Origin: Minisyncoccota bacterium
GTDB taxonomy: Bacteria > Patescibacteriota > Minisyncoccia > Phycocordibacterales > UBA9973
Length of the DNA stretch: 64,000 bases
Assembly (NCBI GenBank): GCA_025453495.1
Contig: JALOQM010000004.1
Coordinates: forward strand, 28,990 to 92,989
Direction of reading: 5' to 3'
The position numbers and the translations under genes were made by a program. Below the pieces are notes generated by a model, which worked only from the letters and a program-made list of their open reading frames with translations, was not told where the DNA came from and did not search any database. This document shows, one piece after another, positions 55,589 through 64,000 of this stretch. Within the stretch, counting starts at the first letter, position 1; each line of letters begins with the position of its first letter.

Positions 55589-56068
55589 CTACAGCAACGT
55601 AAAAACAATAACGTGTTGCTTTGCACCTTCTGGTGCGCCAAAATCTGCACTGGGTCGAGACTCAAAGCTGATTCTGGCGAGTTGCTTTTTCTCCCATACT
55701 TCATTTACAGCCTCTATTGCTCTTTTGACTATAGAGATGGCTCGCACACCGGTCAGTTGATGTACATCATACAGATGAAATTCGCAACTAAATGCTTTAT
55801 GCAAAGAAAACATGTCTTCAGTACACCCTGCTTCGCGAAGCAGTCGCCCAAGTAGGCTCACTGTTTCACCTGCTGTCTGATTATTGGGATCAATTTGGTA
55901 CTGGTGCTGCCACATAAAGATATTTCTGTATTCACCCGGTAGATCAGCAAGTAAGTGCTTCTCGATACAGTCAAGAATAGAAAGCACAAGTGCATGTTTC
56001 AATTCGTTTCGAAACACATGAAGCTCTAAATATGATTTTTTCATTAGAACAGTTTTTGATTTACGCAT
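55589..56068 (-). CDS. Hypothetical protein
   Basis: 159 aa ORF with ATG start. No confident family assignment. Confidence 0.35.
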   Translation of the reverse strand: MRKSKTVLMKKSYLELHVFRNELKHALVLSILDCIEKHLLADLPGEYRNIFMWQHQYQIDPNNQTAGETVSLLGRLLREAGCTEDMFSLHKAFSCEFHLYDVHQLTGVRAISIVKRAIEAVNEVWEKKQLARISFESRPSADFGAPEGAKQHVIVFTLL

Positions 56069-56115
56069 ACAGTATCATAGAGTGCGATCAAATCAAAAAA
56101 CGCCACAAGGCATTT

Positions 56116-57129
56116 TTATCTCTTACTAATGATTGTCTTTTTATATGTGTCGAGATGCTCGAGCGCGATACCGGTCCCTTTAGCGACACAATAGAGGGCG
56201 TCTTCGGCAAGCTTTGCCTTCACTCCAGTCTTTCTAAAAACGAGATCTGGGAGATTACGAAGCTGAGATGAACCACCAGTCATTATGATACCCTGATCAA
56301 TAATATCGGAAGCAAGTTCTGGAGGTGTCTCCTGTAGTACATCTTTGATCGCTTTGACCATTTGATGCAACTCTCTGTCGATTGCTTTGACTATTTCATT
56401 GGTTGAAACTTGAGCAGTTCGCGGCAAACCTTGGATGTAGTCACGTCCTTTGATTGTCATGACGAATTCTTCTTCAAGTGGAATTGCAGCACCAATCTTT
56501 ATTTTTACAAGTTCTGCAGTCTTGTCGCCAATTGCGAGATTGAATGTCTTTTTGATGTAGTCGGCAATTGCTTGGTCTATTTTGTTACCCGCGACTTTGA
56601 CGGAGGTGGAAGCGACAATACCACCAAGCGAGATCACTGCGACGTCAGTGGTGCCACCACCAATATCGACAACCATGTGTCCCTTTGATTCATAAATTGG
56701 GATACCTGCGCCGATCGCGGCAAGAATTGGTTCCTTCACAACGTATGCATTTTTTGCACCTGCTTTGATAGCAGCTTCGACAACTGCGCGTCGTTCTGTT
56801 GACGTCACGCCCGCAGGAACGGAGACCATTACATCCGGTTTCCAGAGGTGCCACTTACCAAGCGCTTTGGTGATGAAATACCGAAGCATTGCTTCGGTGA
56901 CGCGATAGTCAGCAATCACGCCGTCTTTCATCGGACGGTATGCGACGATTGAGTCTGGGGTTTTGCCAATCATTTCCTTGGCATCAGCGCCAATAGCGAG
57001 TATTTTGTTGTCTTGCATCGAAACTGCAACAACTGATGGTTCATTGAGTACTACGCCTTTGCCAGGCAAATAGACGAGGGTATTTGCTGTGCCAAGATCG
57101 ATGCCGAGTTTTTTCGTAAAAATGCCCAT
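56116..57129 (-). CDS. mreB: Rod shape-determining protein MreB
   Basis: 337 aa. Actin-fold phosphate-1 motif GIDLGTANTLVY, adenosine motif and connect motifs. Confidence 0.95.
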   Translation of the reverse strand: MGIFTKKLGIDLGTANTLVYLPGKGVVLNEPSVVAVSMQDNKILAIGADAKEMIGKTPDSIVAYRPMKDGVIADYRVTEAMLRYFITKALGKWHLWKPDVMVSVPAGVTSTERRAVVEAAIKAGAKNAYVVKEPILAAIGAGIPIYESKGHMVVDIGGGTTDVAVISLGGIVASTSVKVAGNKIDQAIADYIKKTFNLAIGDKTAELVKIKIGAAIPLEEEFVMTIKGRDYIQGLPRTAQVSTNEIVKAIDRELHQMVKAIKDVLQETPPELASDIIDQGIIMTGGSSQLRNLPDLVFRKTGVKAKLAEDALYCVAKGTGIALEHLDTYKKTIISKR

Positions 57130-57207
57130 AAATAAAGGTAAGTATTGTCACCACTATAGCAGTTTGTGGTGATACTGCAAAGTAAAGGATAAAAAAGATT
57201 GGTAAAT

Positions 57208-57247
57208 AAAAAAGCATCGTGTGGTGTTGCAACGATGCTTTTTTATT
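57208..57247. terminator. Bidirectional terminator hairpin
   Basis: aaaaaagcatcgtgtggtgttgcaacgatgctttttt seen directly. Confidence 0.55.
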
Positions 57248-57266
57248 TGCAGTTGAATAAAGAGCA

Positions 57267-57629
57267 TCATGCCCATACTTTGCTTCCAATCTTCCCGCCT
57301 ACAAAAAGAGTAAACGGGATGGCGAATACCGCAAAAAAAGGCAGAAGTACCCATTCCAAGGGAAGCGAGGAAATTACCCAATACATACTACGAAGTATGC
57401 ATGTTAGCACAACAATAGCTTCTACACAGTCATACACAAAAGATATAAAGCTAAAAATCACGCCGCCATCCTTGGATAAATCTCTCAATTTACCTCCAGT
57501 ATTGGAGGTACTACTACTTAAAAAAAGTAGGAATAGGATAAATAGACCCGATGCCGGAGTTTGCCAAAGAGCACCAATGCCAAATGCAAAGGACATGAGC
57601 ACGAAAAAATTATAAGGTATGTTTTTCAT
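57267..57629 (-). CDS. Hypothetical small membrane protein
   Basis: 120 aa with 3 hydrophobic helices. Stop lies just above the terminator at 57208-57247. The overlapping plus-strand ORF was judged less likely. Confidence 0.3.
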   Translation of the reverse strand: MKNIPYNFFVLMSFAFGIGALWQTPASGLFILFLLFLSSSTSNTGGKLRDLSKDGGVIFSFISFVYDCVEAIVVLTCILRSMYWVISSLPLEWVLLPFFAVFAIPFTLFVGGKIGSKVWA

Positions 57630-57779
57630 AGATGAGTTTTTTTGAAAGGGCGCATCACCCTTTCTGGTGAGAGATTAGGTGATTTCTAAAACTGTTTTAG
57701 AATAAAATATGTATTATGTCAAATAATTCACACCATCCCAACACCTTGTAATCACCTACCACGTGGTATTCTAAGCCTA

Positions 57780-59717
57780 ATGAAAGTCGTCACTGTCATT
57801 CCTCTCACTCGAGGGCTCTATAAGGAAGATCTTTCCTACTTCACCGCACATGCCGTCACACCAGGCACAATCGTTTCCGTCCCTCTTCGCAAAAAAATAG
57901 TCGATGCCGTTGTGATCGCAGTAGAGCACCTGACAAGCTCAAAGATCAAGGTGAAGTCTTCGGCATTTGCTCTCAAAAAAATCCACTCTATCAAGGGACC
58001 ATTACCCTTTCACACTGCATTTTGGAATACACTTGTGGACACACGGACGTACTTTCTTGGCACTCTTGGTGCCACACTCTATTCACTTGTACCGAAGCTC
58101 TTTTTTGATGAATACGAATTACTCCCAAAACTTGCACAACAAGAAACTCCTCGCATGTCTGCAATCGCGCAAGACAAACTCGCGCTCATGCGACCACTTG
58201 ATGAACGCATCGGGCTGTATCGGACACTTATCCGAGAATCATTTGCCAAAAAGGAATCTATCTATCTGTGTGTACCGACAGTGCGCGACGCAATCTTATT
58301 TTATGAAGCACTCAAAAAAGGCATCGAAGAATATATCTATCTTTTCCACGGCGAACTCACACCCAAAAAAACACTTGCATCGTATAGTGCTGCAGTCCTA
58401 AACGAACACCCAGTCGTTATTGTCGGCACTGGTGGCTACTTGGCAGTGCCAAGACAAGACATACAAACTGTCATCGTAGAGCGTGAGACATCACCATCGT
58501 ACCGGACAATAGGAAGACCGCATCTTGATATTCGAGTATTTGCGGAATTTTTTTCAAGGAGAATTGGCGCGCGCCTCATCATGGCTGATACGTTCTTGCG
58601 GACCGAGACATTGCATCGCATGGAATCCGGAGCGCTATCAGAAATGAGCCGCCCCTCATTTCATCTCTCAAAGACAATCAAGCGAGAAATCATCGACACA
58701 CGACGCAAAGAAGATGATAAAGGTACTAAAGCACCGTTTAGTAGTGTGCATCCGAGACTCAAAGAAGTAATCGAAGAAACGACTCTTCAAGGCGGGCGCT
58801 CATTTATCTTTACACTGAGAAAAGGTCTTGCTCCAGTCACGCAGTGTGGCGACTGTGAGCATATCCTTGGCTGCGAAGCCTGTGGTGCGCCGCTTGTCTT
58901 ATATAAAGAGTCTGGTGAGCGGCGTATCTACCGTTGCAATAAATGTGAAAAAACATATTCCTCACTTATCCTTTGTCCCTCATGTACAAGCTGGAAACTA
59001 GTACCGCTTGGTATCGGCACCGAATCGGTCACCGAAGAACTCCGACGACTGCTCCCTCAAGCGACAATACTCCATGTCGACAAAGAACATACAAAAACAA
59101 AAGCACAGGTGGAAAAAGTACTCAACATCTTTTATAAAACACCGGGAGCAATCCTGGTGGGCACAGGGCTTGCACTTCCCTATCTTGCACAAGGCGTAGA
59201 TACTGTCGCTGTAGCGTCATTTGATTCGCTCTTCTCTGTGCCGTCATTTCGTATCGGGGAGAAAATACTTTCACTTGTCGCACGACTTGAAGAATCCACA
59301 ACAACACAGTTTCTCTTGCAGACAAAAAACACTGATGATCTGCTCGTTCGTGATATCGCATCTGGAAATCTCGCAGAAGCGTATACGCGAGAAGCTGCAT
59401 TCCGAGAAACACTCGGGTTTCCTCCATTTTATACATTTGTCAGATTGTCAGTACAAAGCACACGTCCCGAAGAAACACTAGTCCAAGATATGGCACAGAC
59501 GCTGTTTGGAAGTATTGCAACAGAAGTATTCTCTCCTGTCGCGCATAGAAATAACAAAGGCGTAGCTACACACATACTCCTACGCATTCCTGTTGCGAAT
59601 TGGTCACCCGAGCATATCACAAAAAAGCCAGATGATTCGCGCGTCTTTGCGACACGGTGCATGGAGCTTGGTCCCGCATGGGATATTGTTGTCGATCCTG
59701 AAGATATACTGTATTAA
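57780..59717 (+). CDS. priA: Primosomal protein N' (PriA)-like, with degenerate helicase ATPase motifs
   Basis: 645 aa. N-terminal 3'-DNA-binding-domain-like region, PriA Cys-rich zinc region CGDCEHILGCEACGAPL...CNKCEK...CPSC. The positions aligned to Walker A (GSGKT) and Walker B (DEEH) read ...RESFAKKES... and VIVERETS. Confidence 0.7.
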   Translation: MKVVTVIPLTRGLYKEDLSYFTAHAVTPGTIVSVPLRKKIVDAVVIAVEHLTSSKIKVKSSAFALKKIHSIKGPLPFHTAFWNTLVDTRTYFLGTLGATLYSLVPKLFFDEYELLPKLAQQETPRMSAIAQDKLALMRPLDERIGLYRTLIRESFAKKESIYLCVPTVRDAILFYEALKKGIEEYIYLFHGELTPKKTLASYSAAVLNEHPVVIVGTGGYLAVPRQDIQTVIVERETSPSYRTIGRPHLDIRVFAEFFSRRIGARLIMADTFLRTETLHRMESGALSEMSRPSFHLSKTIKREIIDTRRKEDDKGTKAPFSSVHPRLKEVIEETTLQGGRSFIFTLRKGLAPVTQCGDCEHILGCEACGAPLVLYKESGERRIYRCNKCEKTYSSLILCPSCTSWKLVPLGIGTESVTEELRRLLPQATILHVDKEHTKTKAQVEKVLNIFYKTPGAILVGTGLALPYLAQGVDTVAVASFDSLFSVPSFRIGEKILSLVARLEESTTTQFLLQTKNTDDLLVRDIASGNLAEAYTREAAFRETLGFPPFYTFVRLSVQSTRPEETLVQDMAQTLFGSIATEVFSPVAHRNNKGVATHILLRIPVANWSPEHITKKPDDSRVFATRCMELGPAWDIVVDPEDILY

Positions 59718-59773
59718 AATAGCCTAATAGTTGCTAAATTTGCCTTTTATGCTAGTATATTGGCTATCAAATT

Positions 59774-60010
59774 ATGAGAAACACAAACATCGAAGTCAGT
59801 AAAAATCAGAATGAAAACGGACTCTCGCTATTGCGTCGATTTTCGCGCCGCATGCAAGAATCCGGCATCATCCAAAAAGTAAAAGGCAAGCGCTATTCTG
59901 AACGCGCTGAATCGAAACTCTCAATCAAAAACCGCGCGCTCAAGCGCATGGCGAAACGAAAAGAGATGGAACGCCTACGCAAGCTTGGCAAACTCCCAGC
60001 AACCAGATAA
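59774..60010 (+). CDS. rpsU: 30S ribosomal protein S21
   Basis: 78 aa, basic. LRRFSRRMQESGI and RKLGKLP blocks typical of S21. Confidence 0.85.
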   Translation: MRNTNIEVSKNQNENGLSLLRRFSRRMQESGIIQKVKGKRYSERAESKLSIKNRALKRMAKRKEMERLRKLGKLPATR

Positions 60011-60015
60011 TACCC

Positions 60016-60405
60016 ATGGTCGCAAGTGATACAGTCTCAATCACACGCATGACGAAAGGCAAGCTCCCAAGCTTGCCTTTCTTGCGTATAAAAAATGACG
60101 TACTTGGCAAGACATACGATCTGTCAATCGTTTTTGCTACACCAAAAGTCTCTCAAGCACTCAACAAACAATTTCGAGACAAAGACTATCCGACAAATAT
60201 CCTTTCATTCCCTCTTTCAAAAACATCCGGTGAACTTGTGATCTCTCTTGCCAAGGTACGTGCTGGAGCAAGTGAGTTTGGCAAATCATACACACAGTTC
60301 CTTGGGTTCTTGCTCATCCACGGTATGCTCCATTTGAAAGGATACGAGCATGGTAGTACAATGGAGAAGTATGAAGCACGATTTGCAAAAAAGTTTGGCT
60401 TCTAA
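60016..60405 (+). CDS. ybeY: rRNA maturation endoribonuclease YbeY
   Basis: 129 aa. Metal motif HGMLHLKGYEHG (H-x3-H-x5-H). Confidence 0.9.
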   Translation: MVASDTVSITRMTKGKLPSLPFLRIKNDVLGKTYDLSIVFATPKVSQALNKQFRDKDYPTNILSFPLSKTSGELVISLAKVRAGASEFGKSYTQFLGFLLIHGMLHLKGYEHGSTMEKYEARFAKKFGF

Positions 60406-60417
60406 ATCTCTCACTTC

Positions 60418-61575
60418 ATGATTCAGAACGTCAAAGTTGGCATTGATATCGGTACAAGCGCGACACGCGTTGTTGTTTCTGAATTTCACAAAGAAAGCCT
60501 CACGCCAAAAATCTTGGGCACAGGTATCGCTCCTACACATGGCATGCGACATGGCTATGTACTGCAACCAACTGAAGTGGCACGAAGTGTCAAAAAAGCA
60601 CTTACTGACGCTGAGAAAAACGCAGGTATCTCTATTCGGCGCGTCTATGTGTCAATCGGTGGTGTCGGTCTTGGCTCAGAAACCGCCACAGGGTCAATCA
60701 TGATCAGCAAGGCTGATGGTGAAGTGACACACATAGACATCGAAAGAGCAATGCGCGAAAGCGAAGAGTCGCTCAAGCTTGCAAACAAAAAAATTATCCA
60801 TGCTCTACCGATAAGCTACCGTATCGACGGCAAAGAAATCCTCGGCAGTCCAGAAGGTATCCGTGGAGTAAAACTTGAAGTAAAGACGCTCTTTGTCACG
60901 AGTCTCGAGAAGCATCTTGATGAATTACTTGCTGTCGTACGGAGTGCCGGTGTCGAGATTGTCGACGTCATCGCAAGTCCAATTGCGGCAAGTTTTGCAG
61001 TGCTTAATGACCGCCAAAAGACTGTCGGTTGCGCACTCGTAAACACCGGTGCCGAAACTGTCTCGATAGCAGCATTTGAAAACGGCGGCATTGTCTCGCT
61101 CCAAGTATTTTCTATCGGCTCAGCAGACATCACCAATGACATCGCGCTTGGGCTCAAGATTCCTCTCGAAGAAGCCGAAGGTATAAAAACCGGATCCATG
61201 GCAAGTGAGTACTCAAAAAAGAAACTCGACGAGATAATCGAGGCGCGCTTGCGTGATATTTTTGAACTCATCGACAATCATCTCAAGAAGATCAAACGAA
61301 GTGGCCTCCTCCCTGCTGGTATCATCATCACTGGCGGTGGTGCGAACCTCCCGAGAATCGAAGAGTATGCCAAACAGTCACTTAAGCTTCCGGCAAAAAT
61401 TGGCGTCGCAGAACAATTCGAACAAACAAAGAGCAAAGTACGCGACCATGCGTGGTTTGTCGCTGCGGGGCTTACCATCGCCGGCGCAAGTGGAACCAAT
61501 GAACGTGGTGCAAGTGATACCTGGAAGCGAATCAAAGCGTCACTTGGTGCTATACTCAAGCAGTTGATGCCGTAA
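60418..61575 (+). CDS. ftsA: Cell division protein FtsA
   Basis: 385 aa. Actin-like GIDIGTSATRVVV N-terminus, domain order typical of FtsA. Confidence 0.9.
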   Translation: MIQNVKVGIDIGTSATRVVVSEFHKESLTPKILGTGIAPTHGMRHGYVLQPTEVARSVKKALTDAEKNAGISIRRVYVSIGGVGLGSETATGSIMISKADGEVTHIDIERAMRESEESLKLANKKIIHALPISYRIDGKEILGSPEGIRGVKLEVKTLFVTSLEKHLDELLAVVRSAGVEIVDVIASPIAASFAVLNDRQKTVGCALVNTGAETVSIAAFENGGIVSLQVFSIGSADITNDIALGLKIPLEEAEGIKTGSMASEYSKKKLDEIIEARLRDIFELIDNHLKKIKRSGLLPAGIIITGGGANLPRIEEYAKQSLKLPAKIGVAEQFEQTKSKVRDHAWFVAAGLTIAGASGTNERGASDTWKRIKASLGAILKQLMP

Positions 61576-61588
61576 AAAACTATACTTT

Positions 61589-62140
61589 ATGAAAGACATT
61601 TCTATAGAATACGCTCATATATACACAAACAAGAAAATTGGAGAAGAACAAAAGTTATCTCTTACAGTACTGCGTGATCTTGTCAAAGAACATTCTGGAA
61701 AAAATATATCATTTGTACTTATGGTTGATGATTATTCATTTCCTGATCCTTCTTTTGGTTATGGTGGTTTGAAAGATTGGCTCAATGAAAATGGCTTTAA
61801 GCCAGATATCATGATACGTGAATCACAATTAATTCCTTCATGCGACGAGGTTATACATTTAATTGAAGATAAAAAGCTTCGAGAACAGATTGGCGACTAT
61901 ATTCGCAGCAAAAAATACCCTTGCTCACTCTTTGTAGCAACTTGGTATCTTATTCGTCTTGGATATATCGAAAGCAACCTTATACAGAAAGAATTTATTG
62001 CAAAAGAACTCATTAATATTCTACCAAGAAGTTTTGAACCATTTGAGAATGCAGCCTTTGAGATACTTCGCGCGACACGATTTCGCAATGCTGTTGACCA
62101 TATCTCTAATCGCTATTTTGAAGGTAGATTGATCGCATAA
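61589..62140 (+). CDS. Hypothetical protein inserted between ftsA and ftsZ
   Basis: 183 aa ORF with ATG start 13 nt after the ftsA stop. No recognisable family. Confidence 0.45.
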   Translation: MKDISIEYAHIYTNKKIGEEQKLSLTVLRDLVKEHSGKNISFVLMVDDYSFPDPSFGYGGLKDWLNENGFKPDIMIRESQLIPSCDEVIHLIEDKKLREQIGDYIRSKKYPCSLFVATWYLIRLGYIESNLIQKEFIAKELINILPRSFEPFENAAFEILRATRFRNAVDHISNRYFEGRLIA

Positions 62141-62273
62141 TTGCACTCCTTCCCTTCATACTAGAAACTTTTCTGGCTTGAATAATTATGTAAGGGAAAT
62201 TTTTACTTTTCCTCATTTTCTGCTATCATTTCACTTGTATCACTAACAACTAAAAGATAATCACTATCACTGT

Positions 62274-63434
62274 ATGCCAAAACTCAATCCAGAAATTGAA
62301 TCGTTCGCACGTATCAAGGTCATCGGCGTCGGCGGCTCGGGGAAAAACGCTCTCAATCACATGATCAACTCCAAAGTCAAAGGTGTTGAATTCATCGTCA
62401 TGAATACCGATACACAAGACCTTCACAATTCCCTCGCTCAGAAAAAAATCCATCTCGGCAAAAATCTTACCCGCGGTCTCGGTACAGGCATGAATCCAGA
62501 AACAGGACGCAAGGCAGCAGAAGAGACAAAGGCTGAAGTACAAGATGCAATCAAAGGAGCAGATATGGTCTTCATCGCATGTGGTATGGGTGGTGGTACA
62601 GGCACTGGCGCAGCACCGATTGTTGCGCACGCAGCAAAAGAGCAAGGTATCCTCACCGTAGCAGTCACGACAAAGCCGTTCTTTTTTGAAGGAAATGCTC
62701 GTATGCAACTTGCTGAGCGAGGTCTTGCTGAGCTCTCAAAAGAAGTCGACGCTATTATCGTCATTCCAAACGATCGCATGATCGCAGTTGCCGGAAAAGA
62801 CACCAATCTCAAAAACGCTTTTGCTATGTGTGACGATGTCCTCCGTCAGGCTGTCGAAGGCATCTCAGATCTCATCACGACACCTGGTATCATCAACGTT
62901 GACTTCGCTGACATCAAAGCGATCATGTCAGATGCGGGGTCAGCGCTCATGGGCATCGGCTCTGCGACTGGTGAAGGCCGTGCAGAAAAAGCAGCAGTCC
63001 AAGCAATCAATTCTCCACTCCTTGAACTCTCAATCAATGGCGCAAAAGGAGTACTCTTTGCAATCTCTGGTGGTGACGACATCACCATGCACGAAGTGCA
63101 GGAAGCGGCACGTATCATCACAGAGTCTATTGATAGAGATGCCAAAGTGATTTTCGGTACTATTAAAGACGACCGCCTTAAAAAGGGTGAACTGAAGGTC
63201 ACCGTTATCGCGACTGGCTTCCCAACCAACGCCGAGAAGAAGACACTCTTCTCCCCTGTTGTAGAAAATAGTACTCAACAAAAAGAAGAGAAACGAGAAA
63301 TACACAATGCGATGGTGCAGCCTGAAATAAAGAAGGAAGTAAAAAAGATAGAAGTTGAAGAGCTTGTACTCGAAGACGATACCGATGAAGACTGGGGGGC
63401 TGTACCAGCATTCCTAAGACGCGGCAAGAAATAA
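62274..63434 (+). CDS. ftsZ: Cell division protein FtsZ
   Basis: 386 aa. Tubulin signature GGGTGTGAAP, GVGGSGKNALN, T7 loop NVDFADI. Confidence 0.95.
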   Translation: MPKLNPEIESFARIKVIGVGGSGKNALNHMINSKVKGVEFIVMNTDTQDLHNSLAQKKIHLGKNLTRGLGTGMNPETGRKAAEETKAEVQDAIKGADMVFIACGMGGGTGTGAAPIVAHAAKEQGILTVAVTTKPFFFEGNARMQLAERGLAELSKEVDAIIVIPNDRMIAVAGKDTNLKNAFAMCDDVLRQAVEGISDLITTPGIINVDFADIKAIMSDAGSALMGIGSATGEGRAEKAAVQAINSPLLELSINGAKGVLFAISGGDDITMHEVQEAARIITESIDRDAKVIFGTIKDDRLKKGELKVTVIATGFPTNAEKKTLFSPVVENSTQQKEEKREIHNAMVQPEIKKEVKKIEVEELVLEDDTDEDWGAVPAFLRRGKK

Positions 63435-63531
63435 TAAAACTAGAGTCTAGTGTCTAGGGGACTAGAGTTTAGTAACATACAAATACGTATAGATTTTTTA
63501 CTATACCCTAGACACTAACCACTACACTTTC

Positions 63532-64000
63532 ATGACATACGATCTCATCATTATCGGCGGCGGACCTGCAGGTATTTCTGGAACTGTATATGCTGCCCGA
63601 AAACGCCTAAAAACACTTCTGATTACTCCGGATTTTGGTGGACAATCTATCGTCTCACCAGATATAAAAAACTGGATCGGGCATACTTCGATAAGCGGCG
63701 CTGCACTTGCAGAATCACTCAAACAGCACGCTGAAGAATACAAAGGTGAGTTCCTCAATATTGTCGAAGGTGAAAAAGTTGTCACTATAGAAAAAAGCGA
63801 AAATGATTTCACTGTAAAAACCGATGCTAGTACAGTATATCAAGCAAAAACAATCCTTATCGCTTCAGGAAGTGGCAGAAGGAAACTCGATATTCCAGGT
63901 GCTGATGTATTTGAACACAAAGGACTAACCTATTGTGCGTCGTGTGACGGCCCACTCTTTGCCGACAAAGATGTAGTGGTTATTGGTGGCGGAAATGCAG
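63532..64000 (+). CDS. trxB: Thioredoxin-disulfide reductase (3'-truncated by the window end)
   Basis: ATG at 63532. [11 protein letters not shown] motif, redox-active CASCDG, second GGGNA motif at the window edge. Confidence 0.9.
   Translation, partial: MTYDLIIIGGGPAGISGTVYAARKRLKTLLITPDFGGQSIVSPDIKNWIGHTSISGAALAESLKQHAEEYKGEFLNIVEGEKVVTIEKSENDFTVKTDASTVYQAKTILIASGSGRRKLDIPGADVFEHKGLTYCASCDGPLFADKDVVVIGGGNA

Noticed and set aside
62250-62812. Minus-strand ORFs antisense to ftsZ
   Set aside because: Cys/Ala-rich shadow translations of the FtsZ GTPase domain.

Overview
This 64 kb window is densely packed with genes (about 65 coding regions) from a small bacterial genome, with GC content about 42-45%. 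Gene content and architecture are consistent with a reduced, Patescibacteria/CPR-like organism; that placement is inference only. It carries housekeeping genes on both strands: dnaE, rnhB, rsmE, secA, tsaC, class II ribonucleotide reductase, an ABC exporter, a short SMC, rnc, rpmF, pepF-like M3 peptidase, a DEAD-box helicase, alr, thrS, gyrB, typA, rseP, frr, holB-like, mreB, priA-like, rpsU, ybeY, ftsA, ftsZ and trxB (partial). RNA genes are an RNase P RNA, tRNA-Thr(CGT), tRNA-Thr(GGT), and a tRNA-Asp/tRNA-Met/initiator-tRNA cluster. TGA is used as a stop codon (for example at the end of dnaE), so there is no sign of UGA recoding. No CRISPR array, transposase or integrase gene was seen. The findings worth a second look are listed here. 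(1) Two, possibly three, about 85 nt intergenic hairpin elements share a nearly identical 20 nt loop motif but have completely different, compensating stems (a structured-RNA or DNA repeat family). (2) A bacterial SET-domain methyltransferase is divergently paired with a papain-like (C39-type) cysteine peptidase. (3) NusB and a NUDIX hydrolase are fused in a single ORF. (4) One protein has a sigma-70 region-4 HTH at its N-terminus and a HARE-HTH domain at its C-terminus. (5) The PriA homolog has a degenerate helicase Walker A/B. (6) An unknown gene sits between ftsA and ftsZ. (7) There are tRNA-end duplications (a 21 nt copy of the tRNA-Asp 3' end and a 14 nt copy of a tRNA-Thr 5' end) next to gene fragments. 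(8) An ArsR-like regulator is flanked by two related palindromes. (9) A HAD-like hydrolase carries one in-frame TAG. (10) A large Ser-rich surface protein has fibronectin-type-III-like repeats, a 98 nt perfect internal duplication and a perfect consensus promoter. (11) A 12 nt tandem repeat lies upstream of secA. All functional calls are from motif recognition by eye; no database search was possible.
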